Notes under the pieces: model-generated
What the model was told of the DNA's origin: nothing
The model's input: only the letters and a program-made list of their open reading frames with translations
Databases searched by the model: none
Translations under genes and position numbers: made by a program
Origin: an uncultured Candidatus Babeliaceae bacterium
GTDB lineage: Bacteria > Babelota > Babeliae > Babelales > Babelaceae
Assembly: GCA_963704655.1 (NCBI GenBank)
Contig: OY969927.1
Coordinates: 1-64,000 of the forward strand
Direction: 5' to 3'
DNA length: 64,000 nucleotides
Shown here: positions 1 through 10,594 of the stretch, one piece after another
Position numbering within the stretch: position 1 is the first letter of the stretch
How the letters are laid out: each line of letters begins with the position of its first letter

Positions 1-70
1 CAAAAGAAACCTCAGCAAGCGCACCTACATTTGGAAATTGGTTGTACGGATTACTTCCGATTGGGAAATA

Positions 71-150
71 ATCTTATTTATTGACGCTTCAAAAGCATGG
101 CATTTTGTGCTGAGCAAGCGCCAAGTTGCTGTCTTTGTGCTTTGATCCTG
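71..150 (+). pseudogene. 5' fragment of a WD40-family gene (signal peptide/LRFDP segment)
   Basis: cattttgtgctgagcaagcgccaagttgctgtctttgtgctttgatcctg closely matches the 5' regions of the WD40 genes at 3195 and 4400; no start codon or continuation. Confidence 0.7.
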
Positions 151-229
151 TTTTATAAACTATAGACATTCTTATGCAAGAGAGTTACCCTTTTTATCAT
201 AAAGGTAATCTTAATGTATAAGAAGAATT

Positions 230-1852
230 ATGGCATACAAAGAAATTATTTCCGATCTTTTTACCTCATCAAAGTTTAAAGCAAACATTAAATCTGGCTT
301 TACTGTTTCTCTTATATCACTACCGCTATCAATCTCACTAGCTGTTGCCTCCGGGGTAAGCCCCATAATGGGGATCATTACCGCTATTTGGGCGGGCGGC
401 ATAGCTGCGATTTTTGGAGGAAGTAATTATAATATTATCGCCCCGACAGGTGCCCCATCAGCTATTGTTGCAGCATATGCATTGGCCCATGGTGCTGAAA
501 ATGTCCCTCTATTGGCAATAACTACTGGTATTATAATTTTAATCGCGTGTCTACTCAGATTAGAACGGTACCTTATTTTTATACCATCAAGTGTTATTCA
601 TGGATTCATATTGGGTGTCGCTTGTATTATTGGTTTAAATCAGCTCAATTTTGCACTTGGGCTGCACAATTTACCAAAACATACCACTTTTATTGAAAAT
701 GTTACTGAATCGCTCGGTCATATTAATCAAACTTCTTGGTTAGCTTGTGCGCTCTTTATTACTTTTTTCTTAACTCTTCTTATAGTACGTAAGAAACTGC
801 CATCAGTTCCTGGCGCTATTATTATATCCCCCATCGGGATTCTTGTTGGTTATATTATTACAGATGTTATGCCCAGCGGTATTGAAACGCTGGCAACTAA
901 ATTTGGCACAATTTCGCCGCATTTTATGCAGCTACCAACACTTGCTTTTGATAGAAATCTTTTAATTCCAGCATCGATTATCGCCTTTATTGCTCTTATT
1001 GAAACAATACTTTCTGCGCGCATTGCTGATACCGCAACCAAGACAAAGCATCATACGCGAAAAGAGATCTTTGGCCTGGGGCTTGCAAATATTGCATCTG
1101 GTTTAATGGGCGGAATTCCTGCAACTGCGGCTTTAGCGCGCACGGCACTTAATATAAAATCAGGAGCTACCAGCAGAATTTCTGCTCTTTTTAATAGTTT
1201 TTTTCTTATTATAGGGTCATATCTTTTTCTGCGCTATTTTTCATATATCCCGATGCCTGTTATTGCGGCAATTTTAGTATATGTTGCAATAAATATGGTA
1301 GAACGTAAGCATTTTTATCGCTTATATTACCATGATAAAACTAGTTTTTTTATTGCGCTTCTTGTTGCTGCAGTTACCGTAACGCAAGACGCAATTGTGG
1401 GAATTTTGCTAGGCACGGTGATAGCGTTACTTATACTGGTTAATAAACTTTCACAAAGTTATTATGAAATCACGGTTCATGAAAGTCCAGCAGAACACAA
1501 AGCGCATAATGCGCAAGCGCAGAAAAGAAATATTCTTATTTACACTTTTAAAGGCAAATTGGTGTATCTGAATAACCAAGCGCATATTATGCATTTCAGA
1601 ACAGATTTTACAGACTATGCCGGCATAATTTTAGTTCTTGACGACCTTTATTTTATCGATTTAGACGGTGTTGATGCCCTTGAAGAAATTATTGAACTGA
1701 TAGAAGAACATCATCAAAGTGTTATGCTGGTGCATCCAAGCGTACATATTGAACACATGTTACAGAGCAGCAAAAAGTTTAAAGAGCTCAAGCGCAAAGG
1801 GCTTGTATTTGATTCTCTCGACGCGGCTCTTAAATTTTCAACAATTAAATAA
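230..1852 (+). CDS. sulP: SulP family anion transporter with C-terminal STAS domain
   Basis: G.TV..I.LPLS..LA.ASG, GGIPATAALART and STAS FIDLDG motifs; multiple TM helices. Confidence 0.92.
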   Translation: MAYKEIISDLFTSSKFKANIKSGFTVSLISLPLSISLAVASGVSPIMGIITAIWAGGIAAIFGGSNYNIIAPTGAPSAIVAAYALAHGAENVPLLAITTGIIILIACLLRLERYLIFIPSSVIHGFILGVACIIGLNQLNFALGLHNLPKHTTFIENVTESLGHINQTSWLACALFITFFLTLLIVRKKLPSVPGAIIISPIGILVGYIITDVMPSGIETLATKFGTISPHFMQLPTLAFDRNLLIPASIIAFIALIETILSARIADTATKTKHHTRKEIFGLGLANIASGLMGGIPATAALARTALNIKSGATSRISALFNSFFLIIGSYLFLRYFSYIPMPVIAAILVYVAINMVERKHFYRLYYHDKTSFFIALLVAAVTVTQDAIVGILLGTVIALLILVNKLSQSYYEITVHESPAEHKAHNAQAQKRNILIYTFKGKLVYLNNQAHIMHFRTDFTDYAGIILVLDDLYFIDLDGVDALEEIIELIEEHHQSVMLVHPSVHIEHMLQSSKKFKELKRKGLVFDSLDAALKFSTIK

Positions 1853-1969
1853 CGCGTTACCTTAAAGATACTAAAAGAAAGACTTTATTTGAGGCTTTTT
1901 TTAATATTTGCTATCATAAAAAATACAATTTAATAATAATTATGGCGATAATAGCCAATTAGGGACATT

Positions 1970-3184
1970 ATGAAACGATTTATACTATTTACACTTATAT
2001 TTACACTTTCAAGCGTGATATTTTCTGCAGAACAAGCACCTTTGCGCTTTGATCCTGAAAGTGAAACGTTAGTAAATATGTATTGTAAAGCGGTTATTAC
2101 ACCCGGATTGCACCTAGGAAATGTTGCTCGATTAAGCAATTTTTTAGCACGTGTGGCTGGAAGGCAACAACCCGCGCCTGAGCAAACTATCATTAGTAGC
2201 GTTGCGTTTAGTCCAGATGGCAATACTCTCGCAATTGGATTGCCTGATAAAACAATAAGGCTATACAATTCACGCACGGGCAAACAATTACAAAAATTTG
2301 TTGGGCATAAAGACAGTGTAAAGTGTGTTGCATTTAGTCGTGATGGTGATCGTCTAGCAAGCGGATCGGATGATTGTACCGTAAGATATTGGAATACTCA
2401 AACCGGTCGACTATTAAAGAAGTTACAGGGGCATACAATGGGCGTGAGGGGTATTGCTTCTAGCCCTTATGATAATAATATTGTAGCAAGCGGATCAGCT
2501 GATGGAACGGTAAGGATTTGGAGTACTCAAACGGGTCAAGAATTAAAGAAACTAGAGGGACATCAAGGTTCTGTAACAAGCGTCGCTTTTAGTCCTCATG
2601 ATAATAATACCATAGTAAGCGCTTGCTGGGATCAAACGGTAAGACTTTGGAATGGCAGCACGGGCGAAGAATTGAAGATGTTAGAAGGGGATACAGATTT
2701 AATAACCAGTATGGCATTTTGTCGTGATGGCACTTTAGCAATCGGCCCATGTGATCGAACAATTAGGATTTGGGATATTCTAACAGACAAAGAATTGCAA
2801 AAAATAAATGTTGATAGCGATTGGGTAAATAGCGTTGCGTTTAGTCCTGACGGCAAAGTTTTAGTAAGCGGATCGCGTAGGTGCGAAATAAGCTTTTGGG
2901 ATGCCAAAACTGGTCAGCAATTAATAGAATTAGATGGGCACAAAGGTAGTGTAACGAGCGTTACCTATAGTCCTGATGGAGACAGCCTAGCTAGCGGATC
3001 GGCTGATGGAACGGTAAGATTATGGGATATATCAGCAATTCGTAACTCAATAGAGATCAAAAATGCGCAACTTTTAATTGTCGCGGCCACAACTCAACTT
3101 AATGCGTTAAGGACACTTTGCATTAAACTTGCTTCAAGTAACGCAATTGCAGCGCGTGCAAAAAATAATCAAGAAAATAAGTGA
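1970..3184 (+). CDS. Secreted WD40 repeat protein (7 blades), paralog 1
   Basis: Signal peptide; GH..SV..VAFSPDG..LASGS.D.T+R+W repeats. Confidence 0.92.
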   Translation: MKRFILFTLIFTLSSVIFSAEQAPLRFDPESETLVNMYCKAVITPGLHLGNVARLSNFLARVAGRQQPAPEQTIISSVAFSPDGNTLAIGLPDKTIRLYNSRTGKQLQKFVGHKDSVKCVAFSRDGDRLASGSDDCTVRYWNTQTGRLLKKLQGHTMGVRGIASSPYDNNIVASGSADGTVRIWSTQTGQELKKLEGHQGSVTSVAFSPHDNNTIVSACWDQTVRLWNGSTGEELKMLEGDTDLITSMAFCRDGTLAIGPCDRTIRIWDILTDKELQKINVDSDWVNSVAFSPDGKVLVSGSRRCEISFWDAKTGQQLIELDGHKGSVTSVTYSPDGDSLASGSADGTVRLWDISAIRNSIEIKNAQLLIVAATTQLNALRTLCIKLASSNAIAARAKNNQENK

Positions 3185-3194
3185 TAAAGGCATC

Positions 3195-4343
3195 ATGAAA
3201 CGATTTATACTATTTATCCTGTTATTCACGCTTCAAACCTTGATATTTTCTGCCGAGCAAGCGCCAAGTTCGCTATCTTTACGCTTTGATCCTGAAAGTG
3301 AAACATTAGTAAATACGTATTGTAAAGCTGTTCTTAAGGGGCATGCAGGTTGTGTAAAAAGCGTTGCATTTAGCCCGCATGATAATAATATTCTAGCTAG
3401 TGGCTCGGATGATAAAACAATAAGACTTTGGGATACGCAAACGGGCCAACAAGTAAAGCAATTAAATGGGCATATAAAAGGTGTGTGTAGTGTTGCATTT
3501 AGCCCTAAGAATAGTAATATTCTTGCAAGTGGCTCAAATGATAGCTCAATAATACTTTGGGATATGCAAACGGGCCAACAAGTACGTCAATTAAATGGAC
3601 ATAAAGGTTATGTAAATTGTGTTGCATTTAGCCCTAAGAATAGTAATATTCTTGCAAGTGGCTCACATGATAGCTCAATAATACTTTGGGATATGCAAAC
3701 GGGTCAACAAGTAAAGCAATTAAATGGGCACACAGGTGTTGTATATAGTGTTGCATTTAAAAAAGATGGCGATACTCTTGCAAGCTGCTCTTGGGATAGT
3801 ACGATAAGACTTTGGGATCTTAAAAGAGGCATGCAAGTAAGTCGATTAAAGGGAAGTGATAATCGGACATTAGGCGAGTTAACAGGTGTTGCATTTAGTC
3901 CGCATGATAGTAATATTCTTGCAAGTGGATCGAGTGATAGTACAATACGGCTTTGGGATATTGAAACTGGTAATGAAGAAAAGCGATTTAAGGGCCACAA
4001 AGGCTATGTATATAGCGTTGCTTTTAGTCCACATGGTAAATATATAGCAAGCGGTTTGAATGATAATACTATAAGACTTTGGGATATTGAAACGGGCCAG
4101 CAATTAAAACAACTCGATGGGCATACAAATTGGGTAAATAGCGTTGCGTTTAGTCAAGATGGCAACACTTTAGCAAGTGGATCAGGGAATGCTCTTAGAC
4201 CAGAAGAGGATAATACCGTAAGGTTGTGGGATATGCAAGCAATCAATGCCGAAAGAATGCTCAAAAATGCCCAAACTTTAGCTGCAAACGCCCAAGATCA
4301 AATTAAGGAGCTGGGAGAATCAGTGTTTAGATTGCTTCAATAA
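3195..4343 (+). CDS. Secreted WD40 repeat protein (7 blades), paralog 2
   Basis: Start moved to ATG 3195 (MKRFILF, as in the paralogs, preceded by AAAGG); 7 WD40 repeats. Confidence 0.92.
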   Translation: MKRFILFILLFTLQTLIFSAEQAPSSLSLRFDPESETLVNTYCKAVLKGHAGCVKSVAFSPHDNNILASGSDDKTIRLWDTQTGQQVKQLNGHIKGVCSVAFSPKNSNILASGSNDSSIILWDMQTGQQVRQLNGHKGYVNCVAFSPKNSNILASGSHDSSIILWDMQTGQQVKQLNGHTGVVYSVAFKKDGDTLASCSWDSTIRLWDLKRGMQVSRLKGSDNRTLGELTGVAFSPHDSNILASGSSDSTIRLWDIETGNEEKRFKGHKGYVYSVAFSPHGKYIASGLNDNTIRLWDIETGQQLKQLDGHTNWVNSVAFSQDGNTLASGSGNALRPEEDNTVRLWDMQAINAERMLKNAQTLAANAQDQIKELGESVFRLLQ

Positions 4344-4399
4344 ATGCAACATCTAGCTCGTGCAAAAGAATAATCAAGAAAATAAATGATAAAGGCATC

Positions 4400-5572
4400 A
4401 TGAAACGATTTATACTTTTTATCCTGTTATTTACATTTCAAAGCGTAACATTTTGTGCTGAGCAAGCAACGTTAAAGTCACTGTCTTTACGCTTTGATCC
4501 TGAAAGTGAAGAATTAGTAAATACGTATTGTAAAGCTGTTCTTAAAGGGCATGCAAATAGTGTATATAGCGTTGCATTTAGCCCGCATGATAATAATATT
4601 CTTGCAAGTGGGTCTTGGGATAAAACAATAAGAATTTGGAATACTCAAAGTGGCCAACAATTAAAGCAATTAGATGGACATAAAGGTTCTGTAAAAAGCG
4701 TTGCATTTAGCCCGCATGAAAAAATTATCGCAAGTGGATCGGGTGATGGTACAATACGGCTTTGGGATGTCAAGACTGGCCAACAATTAAAGCAACTAGA
4801 TGGGCATACAGATTGGATACGTAGCATTGCATTTAGCCCTCATGATAGAAATATTCTAGCAAGTGGATCAGATGATAACACAATAAGAATTTGGGATGTC
4901 AAGACTGGCCAACAAGTAAAGCAATTAGATGGGCATACAAATTGGGTATATAGCGTTGCATTTAGCCCGCATGATAGTAATACACTAGCAAGTGGCTCAT
5001 ACGATAACTCGATAAGACTTTGGGATGTCAAGACTGGCCAACAATTAAAGCAATTAGATGGACATAAAGGTTCTGTAAATAGCATTGCATTTAGCCCTCA
5101 TGATAGTAATACACTAGCAAGTGGCTCATACGATAACTCGATAAGACTTTGGGATGTCAAGACTGGCCAACAATTAAAGCAATTAGATGGACATAAAGGT
5201 TCTGTAAATAGCGTTGCATTTAGCCCTCATGATAGTAATATTCTAGCAAGTGGATCTCGGGATAACTTGATAGAACTTTGGGATATTGAAAAGGGCCAAC
5301 AAGTAAAGCAACTAGATGGGCATACAAATTTGGTATGGAGCGTTGCATTTAGCCCTGATGGTGAGTCTTTAGCAAGCGGATCGTATGATGGAACGGTAAG
5401 GTTGTGGGATGTAAAAGCAATTCTGGATGGAATTAAGACCAAAGAGATCCAACGTGATACTGCCGCCGCCACAACTCAACTTAATGCGTTAAGAACATCA
5501 GTATTTAGATTGTTTCAAGTAACGCAATTGCAGCGCTTGCAAATAAATAATATTCAAGAAAATAAACGATAA
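4400..5572 (+). CDS. Secreted WD40 repeat protein (7 blades), paralog 3
   Basis: Signal peptide and 7 highly similar WD40 repeats. Confidence 0.93.
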   Translation: MKRFILFILLFTFQSVTFCAEQATLKSLSLRFDPESEELVNTYCKAVLKGHANSVYSVAFSPHDNNILASGSWDKTIRIWNTQSGQQLKQLDGHKGSVKSVAFSPHEKIIASGSGDGTIRLWDVKTGQQLKQLDGHTDWIRSIAFSPHDRNILASGSDDNTIRIWDVKTGQQVKQLDGHTNWVYSVAFSPHDSNTLASGSYDNSIRLWDVKTGQQLKQLDGHKGSVNSIAFSPHDSNTLASGSYDNSIRLWDVKTGQQLKQLDGHKGSVNSVAFSPHDSNILASGSRDNLIELWDIEKGQQVKQLDGHTNLVWSVAFSPDGESLASGSYDGTVRLWDVKAILDGIKTKEIQRDTAAATTQLNALRTSVFRLFQVTQLQRLQINNIQENKR

Positions 5573-5579
5573 AGGCACC

Positions 5580-6716
5580 ATGAAACGATTTATACTTTTT
5601 ATCCTGTTATTTACACTTCAAAACGTAACATTTTGTGCTGAGCAAGCAACGTTAAAGTCACTATCTTTACGCTTTGATCCTGAAAGTGAAGAATTAGTAA
5701 ATACGTATTGTAAAGCTGTTCTTAAAGGGCATATAAATAGTGTATATAGCGTTGCATTTAGCCCGCATGATAATAATATTCTTGCAAGTGGGTCTTGGGA
5801 TAAAACAATAAGAATTTGGAATACTCAAAGTGGCCAACAAGTAAAGCGATTAGATGGGCACACAGGTTCTGTAAATAGTGTTGCATTTAGCCCGCATGAT
5901 AGTAATATTTTTGCAAGTGGATCAGATGATAAAACGATAAGACTTTGGGACATTCGAACTGGTCGACAAATACAGCAACTAGATGGGCATGCAGATCGTG
6001 TATCTTGTGTTGTATTTAGTCCGCATGGTAATAATACTCTAGCAAGTGCATCTTGGGATAACTCGATAACACTTTGGGATATTAAAACGTGCCAACAAGT
6101 AAAGCAATTAGATGGGCATACAAATTGGGTATATAGCGTTGCATTTAGCCCGCATGAAAAAATTATCGCAAGTGGATCGGGTGATGGTACAATACGGCTT
6201 TGGGATGTCAAGACTGGCCAACAATTAAAGCAACTAGATGGGCATACAGATTGGATACGTAGCATTGCATTTAGCCCTCATGATAGAAATATTCTAGCAA
6301 GTGGATCAGATGATAACACAATAAGAATTTGGGATGTCAAGACTGGCCAACAATTAAAGCAATTAGATGGACATACAGATCATGTATCTTGTGTTGTATT
6401 TAGTCCGCATGGTAATAATACTCTAGCAAGTGCATCTTGGGATAACTCGATAACACTTTGGGATATTAAAACGTGCCAACAAGTAAAGCAATTAGATGGG
6501 CATACAGATCAAGTAAAAAGCGTTGCATTTAGCCCTGATGGTGAGTCTTTAGCAAGCGGATCGGATCATGGAACGGTAAGGTTGTGGGATGTAAAAGCAA
6601 TTCTTGATGAAATAAAGACCAAAGAGATCCAGCGTAATACTGCCGCCGCCACAACTCAACTTAATGTGTTAAGGGCACTACTTTACATTAAGCTTGCTTC
6701 AAGTAACGCAATTTAA
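5580..6716 (+). CDS. Secreted WD40 repeat protein (7 blades), paralog 4
   Basis: Signal peptide and 7 WD40 repeats; 5' region nearly identical to paralog 3. Confidence 0.93.
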   Translation: MKRFILFILLFTLQNVTFCAEQATLKSLSLRFDPESEELVNTYCKAVLKGHINSVYSVAFSPHDNNILASGSWDKTIRIWNTQSGQQVKRLDGHTGSVNSVAFSPHDSNIFASGSDDKTIRLWDIRTGRQIQQLDGHADRVSCVVFSPHGNNTLASASWDNSITLWDIKTCQQVKQLDGHTNWVYSVAFSPHEKIIASGSGDGTIRLWDVKTGQQLKQLDGHTDWIRSIAFSPHDRNILASGSDDNTIRIWDVKTGQQLKQLDGHTDHVSCVVFSPHGNNTLASASWDNSITLWDIKTCQQVKQLDGHTDQVKSVAFSPDGESLASGSDHGTVRLWDVKAILDEIKTKEIQRNTAAATTQLNVLRALLYIKLASSNAI

Positions 6717-6722
6717 AATCTA

Positions 6723-7595
6723 TTATTCATGAAGCCAGGTGACATTAAAACTTTGGCCATTTGCTTGCAGCGCTGAAGCCGTTGCTTTAGGGACCATAAC
6801 GGGGCTTTTCATTGCTATATTGTCATTTTTCCAGTTGGGGTTATTGATCCCGCCCGTTACACCGCCAATAGTTGCCGTGCATTTAGTGAAAGCAATGGGG
6901 CTAAAGTGCGCTAGTGGAAGTATGGTTTTCATAAATGGCGCTTCAGCTATCCATTCGGCACAGCCACGTACTGCTGTTTTTGAAGTTGTGTAAGCAGTTG
7001 GAATAGTGGTATACACTTTGCGCGTTGTATTAGAAATGGTCATAAGAAATATATTATTCCCTTTATATTCTATTGCTGTACTGATAACATCGCCGGGAAT
7101 TACCGGAAAGCCACTTATTTCAAATGCTGCATTTGGGTACATTTCAAACCATGCATAATGGACCACTTGGCCACTGTGCCATTCATGCGCGGTGCCTATT
7201 TGTTCAACCGTGCTATTATTATAACCGTCAATACCAATCCAAACTGAGCTATACGTATCTGGTATTTGAGGCGATGATGGAGCTGAGACAGTTGGAACAA
7301 CCCATGTTCCCGATACTGCAGTTACACTATTGGGAATAACCATTGTAAGATTTTTTGCAGCGACATAACCGCACCAGTTATTACTGACGCCTTTTTTGAG
7401 CGGAATTAATGGGTGGGTGTAGGGTACAAGTTCACCAGTAGAGCGTGTTGCCGGATCTTCTTGTTCAAAAGGTCGTACTCTTAATTTTATTTCGCATTCA
7501 AGTTCCATAAAATCATCAGGTATATTTTCGCTATATACAAAGCCAGAATATAATGCGCTTATTAAAAATAGATAGGAGAGTGTTATATGTTTCAT
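6723..7595 (-). CDS. Secreted glutamic peptidase, family G1 (peptidase A4/eqolisin)
   Basis: SNNWCGY, SVWIGIDG, EQIGT, AWFEMYP and AEWIAEAP motifs; signal peptide. Confidence 0.88.
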   Translation of the reverse strand: MKHITLSYLFLISALYSGFVYSENIPDDFMELECEIKLRVRPFEQEDPATRSTGELVPYTHPLIPLKKGVSNNWCGYVAAKNLTMVIPNSVTAVSGTWVVPTVSAPSSPQIPDTYSSVWIGIDGYNNSTVEQIGTAHEWHSGQVVHYAWFEMYPNAAFEISGFPVIPGDVISTAIEYKGNNIFLMTISNTTRKVYTTIPTAYTTSKTAVRGCAEWIAEAPFMKTILPLAHFSPIAFTKCTATIGGVTGGINNPNWKNDNIAMKSPVMVPKATASALQANGQSFNVTWLHE

Positions 7596-7679
7596 AGGTA
7601 TCTTTCGGGTTATAGAGTTTTATTACGTAAAAACTACTATAACTCGTAATGTCAGATATTTTGCAAGAATTTTAAAAAA

Positions 7680-9041
7680 TTAGCTAAAAATTATTCTACT
7701 AATAACGCAATAAATAAATAATCCAACAACATCGATAAGGGTTGCTAAAATCGGCCCAGCGGCATGGGCAGGGTCGATACCAATTTTCTTTAAAATAATA
7801 GGCATGGTTGAGCCTAAAAGCATTGAAAAGAAGATAATGGTCAATAGCGAAATGCTTACGGTGAATGAGCCCATGAGATTGTCGTTTCCTATATAGGTGC
7901 GCACAAAAGAAAGAGATGCCAGTACTAACCCAAGTGCAGCGGCCATGAGCATTTCACGTTTAATAAATAAAGATTTATTTTGGTGATCGATCTCGCCGGT
8001 TGCCATTCCTTGTATAGCAAGGGCCGATGTTTGTGAGCTGGCGTTGCCACCCGTACTGATAAGCATGGTAACGAAAAAGCCAAGAAAGCCCGCTAAAGTG
8101 GCTTCATAAGCTTGTAAAATAATACTGGAAACGGACTGCAGTAAAAATAAAATGATTAAAATAATGCTGCGCTGTGAGAAGAGTTTAATAAATGACGTTT
8201 CAAAGTAATTACGTTTAATTGGTGTAACTGCAGACATACGGTAAATATCTTCACTGGCCTCTTGTTCAATAATTTCAACAAGCGTGTCACTGGAAATGAT
8301 ACCTAAAAAGTCGTTTTCTTTATCAACAACTGGTGCGATCATAAGGCTATAGTGCTTCATAATCTGGGCGATCTCACGCTGGTCCTCGTCCACGGGGATA
8401 GCAATTTCAGATTCACGCATAAATGAGCTAATACGAGTCTTTGGTGTTTTTAAAACCAAATCTGCTAACAGTATATACCCTACAAGTTCGCCATTTTGGT
8501 TGGTGACAAAGATCTTTTCGTGTAAATTTCTACTTGGTTGGATCTTTTGTAAAATATAGATACTCTTTTCAACGGTGAAATCTTCCATCAACGTAATAAC
8601 GTTGGTGTGCATAATGCTGCCGGCTGATTCAGGGGCAAATTTTAAAAGTGAGATAACCTTTTCACGGTCCTTTTTATGTAATAGCTTAAGATACTTTTTA
8701 AGCTCGTCATCAGAAAGTTCATCAAAAAAGTCAGTAAGTTCGTCAATTGAAAGATTTCTGAGCAAAAGACTGCGTTCAGTATCATCTAAAAGGGTTAAAC
8801 AGTAAATTTTTAGTTTAGTTGAAAGTTCATGAAAGACTTTGGCCATTAAAACTTCAGGCAGTCTTAAAAATATCTTCTTGATGGTTTCATGGTCACAGTG
8901 GCCCAGAAAGTGGGCGATATCTGCAGGGTGATATTCAAGAAAGCTCCGCCAGGCTTTTAGTATCTCTGGATAGTCGATCTGGTCAAGCTTATCAAGATGT
9001 TCCTTGATGGTGTCAAACGTTTTTTTTGGGTCCATGGGCAC
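7680..9041 (-). CDS. mgtE: Magnesium transporter MgtE
   Basis: HPADIA N-domain, CBS pair, GGNASSQT and DPAHAAGPILATLID motifs. Confidence 0.93.
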   Translation of the reverse strand: MPMDPKKTFDTIKEHLDKLDQIDYPEILKAWRSFLEYHPADIAHFLGHCDHETIKKIFLRLPEVLMAKVFHELSTKLKIYCLTLLDDTERSLLLRNLSIDELTDFFDELSDDELKKYLKLLHKKDREKVISLLKFAPESAGSIMHTNVITLMEDFTVEKSIYILQKIQPSRNLHEKIFVTNQNGELVGYILLADLVLKTPKTRISSFMRESEIAIPVDEDQREIAQIMKHYSLMIAPVVDKENDFLGIISSDTLVEIIEQEASEDIYRMSAVTPIKRNYFETSFIKLFSQRSIILIILFLLQSVSSIILQAYEATLAGFLGFFVTMLISTGGNASSQTSALAIQGMATGEIDHQNKSLFIKREMLMAAALGLVLASLSFVRTYIGNDNLMGSFTVSISLLTIIFFSMLLGSTMPIILKKIGIDPAHAAGPILATLIDVVGLFIYCVISRIIFS

Positions 9042-9190
9042 TATCCTTCGTTTTTACTGACACTGCGTAAACTTTTTTAAGTACTTGATGATACTATTTT
9101 CTAGGAATAAACTGTATATATATATTGATTTTAAAGCAATTTTGTTGAAACTGCAAAGCTTTTGAGCTTCGCTCTTTGGTGAAGTTACAA

Positions 9191-9293
9191 CATGGTTCGA
9201 TACACCGTGCACCCTGCCTGTCCGTCGAAGCCTTGGCGAAGTCGGAAGTGTTCACCGCAGGTGAATGTATCGAAGGGCACGGCACTCACCATG
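9191..9293. repeat. Nested composite palindromic (REP/RPE-like) element
   Basis: Outer CATGGTTCGATAC...ACTCACCATG; middle CCGTGCACCCTG|AGTGTTC...GAATGTATCGAAGGG; inner 30-bp insert at 9217-9246. Confidence 0.8.
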
Positions 9294-9354
9294 CACGCGA
9301 GATCGCTGAGTTGGCAAGCATTTCAAAAACAAAGTTATTATTATTGAGAAACCT

Positions 9355-10305
9355 ATGAAGCAATTAGTGCCCGGCACACACATAGACAGCTACACATTCA
9401 CCGTAACCGAAGATAAGCATCAGCAGCGTTTGGACCAGTATTTGCATGAGCTTATCCCGGCCTATTCACGATCTCACTTTCAAAAAGTAGTTCAAGACGG
9501 TTTTGTAACCGTAAATAAAAAGCCGTTATTAAAGCCGGGGCACCGGGTTAAAACGGGCGATCATGTAGAGTGCCATATTCCGCGCATAGATTTTACCCAA
9601 TCTGCAGCTGCAATTGACCCAACGCTCTTGCAGGGTGTTGATGTTGAACTTATTGCCCAAGAGCCTGATTTTTTAATTATTAATAAACCGGCAGGGTTAG
9701 TGGTGCATAAGCCTTCACATGCAAGTCGTCAGGTTACGTTAGTTGATTGGCTCATGGCGCAGTATCCAAGTTTGGAAACTATTGGGCAGGCCGAGCGTCC
9801 AGGAATTGTTCACCGGCTTGATATGCAGACATCGGGCCTTATGATTATTCCCCGTAGTTCTGCAGCGCATGCGCATTTCACCCAAATGTTTAAAGACAGA
9901 CTTATTAAAAAAACCTATTTAGCCTTAGTAGAGGGCCATCCAGAAAAAGAGGCCCGTATAGATTATCGCATCATGCGCCACCCAACAGAACGGACCAAGA
10001 TGACACACAGTAAATCTCAGGGCCGTGAAGCAGCTACAACCTTTCAGGTGCAAGAATATTATAAAGATGCTGCCCTGGTTAAGGCGCTGCCAGAAACGGG
10101 GCGTACGCATCAAATCCGTGTGCATTGTCTTGCATGGGGACACCCGATTATTGGTGACGCTGTTTATGGTTCTAAATCTAAGCTTATTGCGCGGCATGCG
10201 TTGCATGCGGCAGAATTAAATTTTGAATATGCGGGCAAAAGATATCACTTTTCTGCGCCGTTGCCGGAGGACATGGCCCACGCGCTTGGGGTCTTGCGTA
10301 CATAA
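9355..10305 (+). CDS. rluD: RluA/RluD family RNA pseudouridine synthase
   Basis: S4 domain (RLDQYL), NKPAGLVVH, GIVHRLD and TGRTHQIRVH motifs. Confidence 0.9.
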   Translation: MKQLVPGTHIDSYTFTVTEDKHQQRLDQYLHELIPAYSRSHFQKVVQDGFVTVNKKPLLKPGHRVKTGDHVECHIPRIDFTQSAAAIDPTLLQGVDVELIAQEPDFLIINKPAGLVVHKPSHASRQVTLVDWLMAQYPSLETIGQAERPGIVHRLDMQTSGLMIIPRSSAAHAHFTQMFKDRLIKKTYLALVEGHPEKEARIDYRIMRHPTERTKMTHSKSQGREAATTFQVQEYYKDAALVKALPETGRTHQIRVHCLAWGHPIIGDAVYGSKSKLIARHALHAAELNFEYAGKRYHFSAPLPEDMAHALGVLRT

Positions 10306-10344
10306 ATTATTATTTATAGTTAAATTCAGCCTATTACTCACACC

Positions 10345-10402
10345 CCGTGCACCCTGAGTGTTCTACGAAAGCACGAAGTGCGAAGTAGAATGTATCGAAG
10401 GG
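10345..10402. repeat. Palindromic element, long CCGTGCACCCTGAGTG...GTATCGAAGGG variant
   Basis: Same arms as 9205-9277, 57008-57061 and (reverse) 52951-52992. Confidence 0.85.
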
Positions 10403-10452
10403 GCGAGTGTATGAGTCTAAGTGAATCATGCTAATAAAAGCATCCATATAGA

Positions 10453-10561
10453 GTCATCCTAAAACAGTGCATTTCGCACCACTTGATTCAGCATCCATCT
10501 AAATTTGTATATCAAAGTACCGCTCACACTGAGCGAATGCCGAAGGCAGTAGTCGAATGTG
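10453..10561. repeat. Two further palindromic element variants
   Basis: GTCATCC...CTTGATTCAGCATCC containing AAAACAGTGCATTTCGCACC (near-identical reverse complement near 34776-34795), then CGCTCACACTGAGCG...GTCGAATGTG. Confidence 0.6.
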
Positions 10562-10594
10562 TTGGGAATTGAAAGTTACTTAAATTTTAAAGTT

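Noticed and set aside
1930-6265. Minus-strand ORFs over the WD40 genes
   Set aside because: Antisense shadows of repetitive coding sequence
4550-6600. Regular 126-129-bp repeats as a CRISPR array or DGR template/variable pair
   Set aside because: They are in-frame WD40 coding repeats with no spacers; no cas or reverse transcriptase gene is present in the window, and I saw no adenine-only difference pattern
9176-9358. 60-aa ORF upstream of rluD
   Set aside because: Consists mostly of the nested palindromic element
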